A DNA stretch of 20,878 bases from Candidatus Helarchaeota archaeon (GTDB taxonomy: Archaea; Asgardarchaeota; Lokiarchaeia; Helarchaeales; RDOG01): assembly GCA_029838215.1 (NCBI GenBank), contig JALGVI010000052.1:1-20878 (forward strand), given 5' to 3'. Every line of letters starts with the position of its first letter. Positions within the stretch are counted from its first letter, which is position 1. The notes under the pieces were generated by a model. The model worked only from the letters and a program-made list of their open reading frames with translations, was not told the DNA's origin and did not search any database. Positions 14,919 to 20,878 of the stretch are shown piece after piece. The translations under genes and the position numbers were made by a program.

Positions 14919-16505
14919 TTATTTTTTTGCACTGATATAGAAGCCCGAGTCTGCAACTGCGTTCGGATCGAACATTGCTTTTATTTTACGGAGCCACAAA
15001 TGATAATTTGAGCATTGAGGACCATACCAGTCGTGCATTTCATCACCTTCAATGAAGAAGGGAATGCCCAGTCGTTCTTCAAGATCCAATTGATTACATT
15101 CCATTAGATATTCTGCCATGCCCTTGATGCTTTCTCTATCTGTTTGGTCATACATTGTCGGCATCTCTGCATGAAAGAAATGTCCGTGCTCAAAAGATTC
15201 TGTCCACACACCTTCGCCCCTGTCGTCTGCCAGAACTCCTTTTTTAATGTACTTGCGTTTTAAAGGAATATTCGCTTGCATGATGTGCTTGCAGAAATTA
15301 ATGGTATCCATTGCTCCATGCGTGCTTTGAAATGCTCCTGTTGCAAGGAAGCCGTGCATGCCTAACGCAGATCGAAGTGCTTCAGCATACGAAATCTTAG
15401 GAGGCGTGAATTTCTTTCTTCCTGCTAATGCCGTTACATCCTTGAGTCCGAGTTCTTCTACTATTGCGGCAAGTGCTTTTTCCTTATAATCAAATTCTCG
15501 TTGCGTTCGTGCAACGATCATTACTAAGACGGGATTTTTTATTCGCGAATAAATCGAGATTTTTTGCAACATTTCTTCTTTCGTCGGGGAAAAGAGGCAC
15601 ATGAGTGCAAAATTACTGGCATGAAATACCATGAAAGCAATTTCTTCTTCTGCAATCCGTAGAAGTGCTTTTTCGACTTCGTCATAGTCCCGCAAGCTAA
15701 ATATGTGGTATCGCATTAATTCAATGCTTTCAAGGTCATACTTGGGTATGGTTCCTTTAATCTTATTAAAGATCGTGGGTTCACACGGAAACGGAAACAA
15801 TCGAATTGCAACGCGCGTGAAAACGCCCAATCCTGACTTCGTTCCGGTAAATCCTCGCATGATGCCTCGAAGACTTGGTCCGGGACCATCACCATGAAAC
15901 CAGTCAGGATCATCTGTCAAGCCGAGTGAGCCAATTTGTAATACTTCTCCTGTTGGTAATACCCACTCAGTACCCAACACGTTTCGTCCGCTAAATCCTG
16001 TATTTGAAGAGGTAAATCCGGGACCACACATTGAAGTGGCACTTGCTAAAGGAGAAACTTGTGGACCTGCTCCGGGCATGTGACAATTCAAACCGTGCTT
16101 GAGGAGTTCCGCTTGAAGCTGTGCGCCCGTGACGTATGGTTCAACGACAGCATATAGATTTTTCTCGTCAATTTTGACGATTTTATTCATTCTCCTCATG
16201 TCCAGAACGATGGATTTTTCAGAGCTGGGTTGATTCCAAGGTCCCAGTCCCGTTGATTGTGCCTTGAATTGCAATCCGTGCTTGTTGCAAAGTTTTACTA
16301 TTTGAACGACTTCTTCCGTTGAGCCGGGTAAAATCACTGCAGCAGGAGTTATGTAGAATGGAATGGGTTCTTTTCCTTCAATTTCGTTAAGGAATTCCAC
16401 GCACCAATTATAAGTATACGTTTCTAAGATTGCCTTATTGGTGGAAATATTACTTGGACCTACAACGGCTTCAAAATCTTTATATTGTGCTTCATTTAGG
16501 ACCAT
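14919..16505 (-). CDS. FAD-binding oxidoreductase (VAO/GlcD superfamily, FAD_binding_4)
   Basis: PAAVILPGSTEEV..IVKLCN, LDMRRMNKIVKID, VEPYVT, VLPTGEV, GVFTR and C-terminal FDPN. Confidence 0.85.
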   Translation of the reverse strand: MVLNEAQYKDFEAVVGPSNISTNKAILETYTYNWCVEFLNEIEGKEPIPFYITPAAVILPGSTEEVVQIVKLCNKHGLQFKAQSTGLGPWNQPSSEKSIVLDMRRMNKIVKIDEKNLYAVVEPYVTGAQLQAELLKHGLNCHMPGAGPQVSPLASATSMCGPGFTSSNTGFSGRNVLGTEWVLPTGEVLQIGSLGLTDDPDWFHGDGPGPSLRGIMRGFTGTKSGLGVFTRVAIRLFPFPCEPTIFNKIKGTIPKYDLESIELMRYHIFSLRDYDEVEKALLRIAEEEIAFMVFHASNFALMCLFSPTKEEMLQKISIYSRIKNPVLVMIVARTQREFDYKEKALAAIVEELGLKDVTALAGRKKFTPPKISYAEALRSALGMHGFLATGAFQSTHGAMDTINFCKHIMQANIPLKRKYIKKGVLADDRGEGVWTESFEHGHFFHAEMPTMYDQTDRESIKGMAEYLMECNQLDLEERLGIPFFIEGDEMHDWYGPQCSNYHLWLRKIKAMFDPNAVADSGFYISAKK

Positions 16506-17804
16506 TTATTTCTCCTCCATTGCCATTAAGATCAGTTCGCTTATATCATAAAACTTCATTTTCGAGTTACTGGCTTCAATGGCATCTTTCAGGTTTGTTT
16601 CACAAAAAGGACACGCTGATGCTAAAACTGTTGCACCAGTTGATTCGGCTTCATCGAGTCGCCGCTTTGCCGTGTTTAGTGCAAACTCGGGAAACTGTGC
16701 TTTGCACCCGCCTCCTGCACCGCAACAATATGAATATTCTTTAATACGTTCCATTTCCTTTAATGTCAGTCCCGGAATATTATGAAGGACTTCTCTAGGT
16801 GGTTCATATACGCCATTTGTTCCACGTCGAATTGGTTTTGGAGGAATATCCATGTAAACTGTCGGCATTGGTTGAACCGTTTTTCCGTGCCACTCTTCAT
16901 AGGGCTCCGAACATCGCCCTAAATGACACGGGTCGTGATATGTTACTTCCATTGGAACATTTTTTGTCAATTTGAGTTTACCATCACTGATCAATTGGGC
17001 GAAAAGTTCCGTTGAGTGTAATAATTCAAAATCGTACTTGCGATGACGTGCATATTCTGCTTTGAACGTGCTGTAACATCCTGCACAGCTCATTATGACC
17101 TTTTTGACTCCTTTCTTCTTGAACAGGTCAAGGTTATAGTCCATTAATGGTTCGAATTTATCGATCTGACCTGTTCTGTACACTGGACTTCCACAGCAGC
17201 GTTCCTCTTCCAAAATATCAAATTCTACACCTGCCTTAGTGAGAACGCGAGCCGTTGCAATTGCAATTTCTTGTCTGCGATATGAAGATGTACAACCAAC
17301 ATAATAAACCGTAGTTGCACCTTTTGTCAGTTTTATATCATCTGGAATCCAATCAAGCCGTTTCGAATGTTCCTCATTGTAAGGATTAAATTTCTCGACG
17401 GTTATTTCACCATATATCTTTTGTTTATCCATTGGCCCTATCCCTGCTTGACAGAGCTTTTCACGTAATTCTTGAATGACCTCTAACGGCTCTAAATTGT
17501 TGAGATACTTGCAAGCCGTTGCACAACCACCGCATTCCGTGCATTTAAATACAATATCAGCAATATCTTGAGAAAGTTCCATTCGTCCGAAATACAAGGA
17601 ACACGCCAAGATGATTTTTCCACCGCCACTATAAGAATGAAAATTAAACTCGTCTATTGCAGGACAAATCGAAGCGTATTTCTGGCTTTTTATTTGAATT
17701 TGCGGAATCCACTTACAAATCGAACAACGAAGGCATTTCTGGATTGATTGCTCATACTCTGATTCGTAATGTTTTTTATCTGATTCTGTTCCCATTGCAT
17801 TCAT
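16506..17804 (-). CDS. Fe-S oxidoreductase, GlcF/HdrD-like (two 4Fe-4S motifs plus two CCG domains)
   Basis: CLRCSIC..CP, CTECGGCATAC, YVGC..CCG..CAGC and YHDPCHLGR..CCGAGGG..ACPFC. Its TAA abuts the next ATG. Confidence 0.9.
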   Translation of the reverse strand: MNAMGTESDKKHYESEYEQSIQKCLRCSICKWIPQIQIKSQKYASICPAIDEFNFHSYSGGGKIILACSLYFGRMELSQDIADIVFKCTECGGCATACKYLNNLEPLEVIQELREKLCQAGIGPMDKQKIYGEITVEKFNPYNEEHSKRLDWIPDDIKLTKGATTVYYVGCTSSYRRQEIAIATARVLTKAGVEFDILEEERCCGSPVYRTGQIDKFEPLMDYNLDLFKKKGVKKVIMSCAGCYSTFKAEYARHRKYDFELLHSTELFAQLISDGKLKLTKNVPMEVTYHDPCHLGRCSEPYEEWHGKTVQPMPTVYMDIPPKPIRRGTNGVYEPPREVLHNIPGLTLKEMERIKEYSYCCGAGGGCKAQFPEFALNTAKRRLDEAESTGATVLASACPFCETNLKDAIEASNSKMKFYDISELILMAMEEK

Positions 17805-17807
17805 CTC

Positions 17808-19265
17808 CTACTTTTTAAAACACAACACTCCTGGTTGTAATACTCCATTTGGATCGAAAATTTGCTTGACTTTGTTTAATGCCTGTGCCGTAATTGGTGA
17901 ATGGTGTTTGTATGCTTCCTCTGCCCAAGGTCCATACGGTCGGTTGAAAAACGCTCCTGCGTCCATCAACTTCTTGCTAAGTGTCAGAAAGACTTCTTTC
18001 GCTTTCTTAACCTCATCTCCGTTCTTCGGGTCGAAATACAAGTCCAATTCTAAATGAAAGGACGTGCCCTGCACGATTGGTTGGAGATACACGCCCCATT
18101 TGAAATCAGGATAATCATTTATCATTCCAATAAACTTCTGAACCTTTTCATAAGGCGTGATGAAGAAAATATCTTGACAACCTTCTGTAAGTCGCAATTT
18201 CCACGGCTTATCCGTACAGCTTGTTAATACATCAAGTATTTCATCATTTTTTATTCCCGTAATTTCCTCTGTAACGGTCAATCCTAATTCTTTGAGAATA
18301 TCACCAATATCTCCTTCTAGATAATCTATCTTGTCTTGAGCGACTTTTCCCCGTCCCGTGAGTTGAAAGATCAAGATCCACTTCGGAAGTTTTTCTGAAA
18401 GTGAAATGATCTCACTCGGATCGGCTTTCACGAGTGCTGCAAGATTCAAGTTGTTTAATATGACCACTTCATCGCATAGCCTGTACTTGATGAGACGATG
18501 TTGTAATTCCATGATGTCTTCAAGCTTATCCGTAGCAAGAAATTTCAACTTCTGAATCGTTGGTTTAAATTCAACTTTCAGAGTGGCCCACGTCACTATT
18601 CCCATCGAACCTTGTGCGCCCTGGATGACTCTATAAGGACTGAATTGCGTGGGTCCCATCGGATTTTTCTGCACTGCTCCTGCTTCTAATTGTTCCTCTA
18701 ACGATCCGGGACCTGCTGCTGAACCCGTCCGAAACTGATCTCCCGTTCCAAAAATCACTTCCGTGCATAACAACGGATCTGAACTGTCCCACTGATAGCG
18801 TGGAATGGTTGTTGGTTCTCGCTCAAGAGCTGCTGTTAAAACGGACTTGGAAGCCCGAGGACATAACGGCATCAATAAACGGAGTCCTGCTTTTTGCACT
18901 TCGGGGAGAAGCTGGGCAAACGTAACTCCCGGTTCAACCATGATCTCCCGATTTTTAGCATCAATGCGCAAGATTTTATTCATTTTCGATAAATCAATGA
19001 TGACGGCGTTGTCTACTTGTGGAATCGTGTCTCCATGTGCTCGAGGTCCTTGCGGCGAACTCACGGGAACTATGGCAAAATTCATCTCATTTGCCAACTT
19101 GACGACCTGCTCAACCTGAGCTGATGTTTCAGGTGAAACAATGGCTTTAGGTGCTTTTCCAGAAACAAAGCTTAAATCAAAAGAAAAATTAAGAATCAAA
19201 TCTTCATTTGTCGAAACGTTGTTTGCACCACAAATTTGTTGCAACTTGTTAATTAATTCTGACAT
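17808..19265 (-). CDS. FAD-binding oxidoreductase (VAO/GlcD superfamily), second paralog
   Basis: PKAIVSPETSAQV, IDLSKMNKILRID, VEPGVT, QGAQGSMGIVT and FDPNGVLQPG. RBS AGGAG. Confidence 0.85.
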   Translation of the reverse strand: MSELINKLQQICGANNVSTNEDLILNFSFDLSFVSGKAPKAIVSPETSAQVEQVVKLANEMNFAIVPVSSPQGPRAHGDTIPQVDNAVIIDLSKMNKILRIDAKNREIMVEPGVTFAQLLPEVQKAGLRLLMPLCPRASKSVLTAALEREPTTIPRYQWDSSDPLLCTEVIFGTGDQFRTGSAAGPGSLEEQLEAGAVQKNPMGPTQFSPYRVIQGAQGSMGIVTWATLKVEFKPTIQKLKFLATDKLEDIMELQHRLIKYRLCDEVVILNNLNLAALVKADPSEIISLSEKLPKWILIFQLTGRGKVAQDKIDYLEGDIGDILKELGLTVTEEITGIKNDEILDVLTSCTDKPWKLRLTEGCQDIFFITPYEKVQKFIGMINDYPDFKWGVYLQPIVQGTSFHLELDLYFDPKNGDEVKKAKEVFLTLSKKLMDAGAFFNRPYGPWAEEAYKHHSPITAQALNKVKQIFDPNGVLQPGVLCFKK

Positions 19266-19361
19266 TTCATTTTCTCCTAAATGTATTCTGTTCTAAACCT
19301 TTCATTTCTAGGAGTTCTCAAAAAATGATTTATAACTATTATAACAACTTAGTAACTAATA

Positions 19362-19391
19362 CTCTCGAAAAAATATATACTTTTCCGAGAG
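19362..19391. promoter_or_regulatory. Imperfect inverted repeat upstream of the oxidoreductase operon
   Basis: CTCTCGAAAAA-ATATATAC-TTTTCCGAGAG has 11-bp arms with one mismatch. Confidence 0.35.
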
Positions 19392-19504
19392 ATCTTATAT
19401 GTTCTTTAAATGCCAATACACGAAATATTTTTGCCCAGAAGAATTTTCTCTTTGCGAAGTTCAAGTAGTAAGAGAACTGGAAAAATTGGATATCTTCAAT
19501 CTTA

Positions 19505-19915
19505 TTAGAATTTATATTTTTTCACAAATAAATTGGGAATTTTAGGTAGATCCTTTTCTGTCGTATGTAACGTCATTTTTTTATTTAATGAATAAGCAAT
19601 TACCAAGCAATCATTATAAGAGAGGATGTTTCGGTATTGGCACTTTAAAGCACCTGCCTTTAAAATTAGAGATAAATCCATATCTACTAAAATAATCGGA
19701 TAATTATTCATTAGTGAGGCAATAGTGGATTCGGCATATGCTTTTCCTTTCAAGATACAAAGGTTTTTGTAAACTTCTATCAAGATTGGCCAAATAACGT
19801 GTGCTTTAACTTTTTTTTGTTTTATATTTTTTAATAAGCTTGAAATTTCGTTTGGGGGCTTTTTTGAATAAAATAAGGATATTGGACCTGTATCAAGGCA
19901 AATATCCCTTGGCAA
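19505..19915 (-). CDS. vapC: PIN-domain ribonuclease toxin, VapC family
   Basis: LDTG, ILIEV, LSYNDCLVIA and HTTEKDL place the acidic PIN residues. The TTG start abuts the antitoxin stop. Confidence 0.85.
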   Translation of the reverse strand: MPRDICLDTGPISLFYSKKPPNEISSLLKNIKQKKVKAHVIWPILIEVYKNLCILKGKAYAESTIASLMNNYPIILVDMDLSLILKAGALKCQYRNILSYNDCLVIAYSLNKKMTLHTTEKDLPKIPNLFVKKYKF

Positions 19916-20155
19916 TTATTTTTCCAACTCCAAATCTTCTTTTCGAGATTTTTCTATCAGTTTTAGAACGTCTTCAGTAGATGGTCCTACTTCTTGGAGC
20001 TCCTTGGTGGTTCTTATGGGAATCAATTTTAAAAATCCCTCATCCTCTATGACATTCAAGTATTGACCATCCTCTAAGTCATATTTTTTTCTGAGATTTG
20101 CTGGGATGCTAATCATCCCCCTGTTTGTAATCTTCACAACATTATTAGTTGTCAT
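19916..20155 (-). CDS. vapB: AbrB/MazE/SpoVT-family antitoxin
   Basis: VKITNRGMISIPANLRKKYDLEDGQ is the swapped-hairpin motif, followed by an acidic C-terminal tail. ATG 20155 (open to GTG 20164). Confidence 0.85.
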   Translation of the reverse strand: MTTNNVVKITNRGMISIPANLRKKYDLEDGQYLNVIEDEGFLKLIPIRTTKELQEVGPSTEDVLKLIEKSRKEDLELEK

Positions 20156-20235
20156 TAATATCACTTATCAAAAATAAGTATTACCAAGCATTTATAATTT
20201 TTGCATTGTAACGAGCCTATTCAATTATTGCAAAT

Positions 20236-20853
20236 TCATGTTTTTTCCGCGGACCTTGCTCGCCTGATCCGCTTTATCAATAAATACACAAAAAATCCAA
20301 ATAATGCAAAGGTGATGGCAATTATTATCAGGTCGTAAAATGATAGAAATTCCATTCCGATCGGAATGCCCCATCCCAAATTGTACATTAACGTCCATAA
20401 GTCGTGAAACATGTAAATTGGATTCTTCCAGTATTCACTTGTCCAAGATAAACCTGGCAGAATTCCGATTGGTGTGAATAAGCCAGATTCGATATAGGGA
20501 ATGAATGGACCAAGTGGTGAAATGGAATTATCGATCCAATCCACGAGCAGGTGAGCACCGAAACCCGCAAGAAGTGGTAAGGACCACTTTCTTTTTCGCA
20601 ATATGAACCAGACCGCAATGGCAATACCTAGAGCTAACAACGTATGCGTGAAGAAATGGTGGAATGTATATGAATGAACATTAATGAGCAAGGCAGGAAT
20701 CACGTCCAGATCTGGAATCAGTCCTCCCAACATCCCAACAAACCAATATATCAACCTATCCTCCGACCTTTTGGAAGGATCTTTTACACGAAGCCTCAAG
20801 ATCAATTCCGAGAAGAGAATTCCGATTCCCATATGAGAGATGAAACTGACCAC
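20236..20853 (-). CDS. Membrane-bound metal-dependent hydrolase (YdjM/DUF457-like)
   Basis: SH, IPDLD, HHFFTHT and HLLVD motifs with hydrophobic helices. GTG start follows the RBS AGGTGA. Confidence 0.8.
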   Translation of the reverse strand: MVSFISHMGIGILFSELILRLRVKDPSKRSEDRLIYWFVGMLGGLIPDLDVIPALLINVHSYTFHHFFTHTLLALGIAIAVWFILRKRKWSLPLLAGFGAHLLVDWIDNSISPLGPFIPYIESGLFTPIGILPGLSWTSEYWKNPIYMFHDLWTLMYNLGWGIPIGMEFLSFYDLIIIAITFALFGFFVYLLIKRIRRARSAEKT

Positions 20854-20878
20854 GATTTTTTCACCTTGTTTTTCATTC

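Noticed and set aside
19399-19545. Possible 48-aa plus-strand ORF (MFFKCQYTKYFCPEEFSLC...)
   Set aside because: No recognisable motif or RBS, and it overlaps vapC on the opposite strand.
411-20624. The many 60-130 aa ORFs in the track that overlap the called genes (e.g. 411-782, 1702-2094, 3297-3608, 5362-5721, 10165-10431, 16430-16744, 18805-19119)
   Set aside because: They are antisense or alternate-frame shadows of well-supported genes and carry no family motifs.
1-20878. CRISPR arrays, tRNA/rRNA genes, IS elements, integrases
   Set aside because: No spaced direct repeats, cloverleaf or rRNA-like segments, terminal inverted repeats or transposase/integrase motifs were found by eye. The intergenic gaps are short and AT-rich.

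Overview
Gene-dense, AT-rich archaeal chromosomal segment. An HMf-type histone, an Rpn11/CSN5-like JAB protease, GGAG/GAGG/AGGTGA ribosome-binding sites, TATA-like boxes and oligo(T) terminators suggest an Asgard archaeon (inference, not proven). In order it holds: the 3' end of a dCMP deaminase, an HD dGTPase, an alpha/beta hydrolase, an APH-family kinase, a zinc-ribbon protein, a JAB / unknown / degenerate-HD cluster, a bacterial-type queF-tgt pair, two convergent coiled-coil proteins, a histone variant, a 42-aa zinc-ribbon ORF missing from the ORF track, a non-canonical CoA-transferase alpha/beta pair, a membrane protein, a double-OB-fold protein, queC, an FAD / Fe-S(CCG) / FAD oxidoreductase operon, vapBC and a YdjM-like hydrolase. 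No rRNA, tRNA, CRISPR array or transposase was seen. The main lead is a queuosine-type (preQ1, tRNA G34) module in an archaeon. Other leads are a histone lacking the stacking glycine, a CoA-transferase fold lacking its catalytic Glu, and a JAB operon with a likely dead HD protein. Comparisons to reference proteins are from memory and need real alignments.
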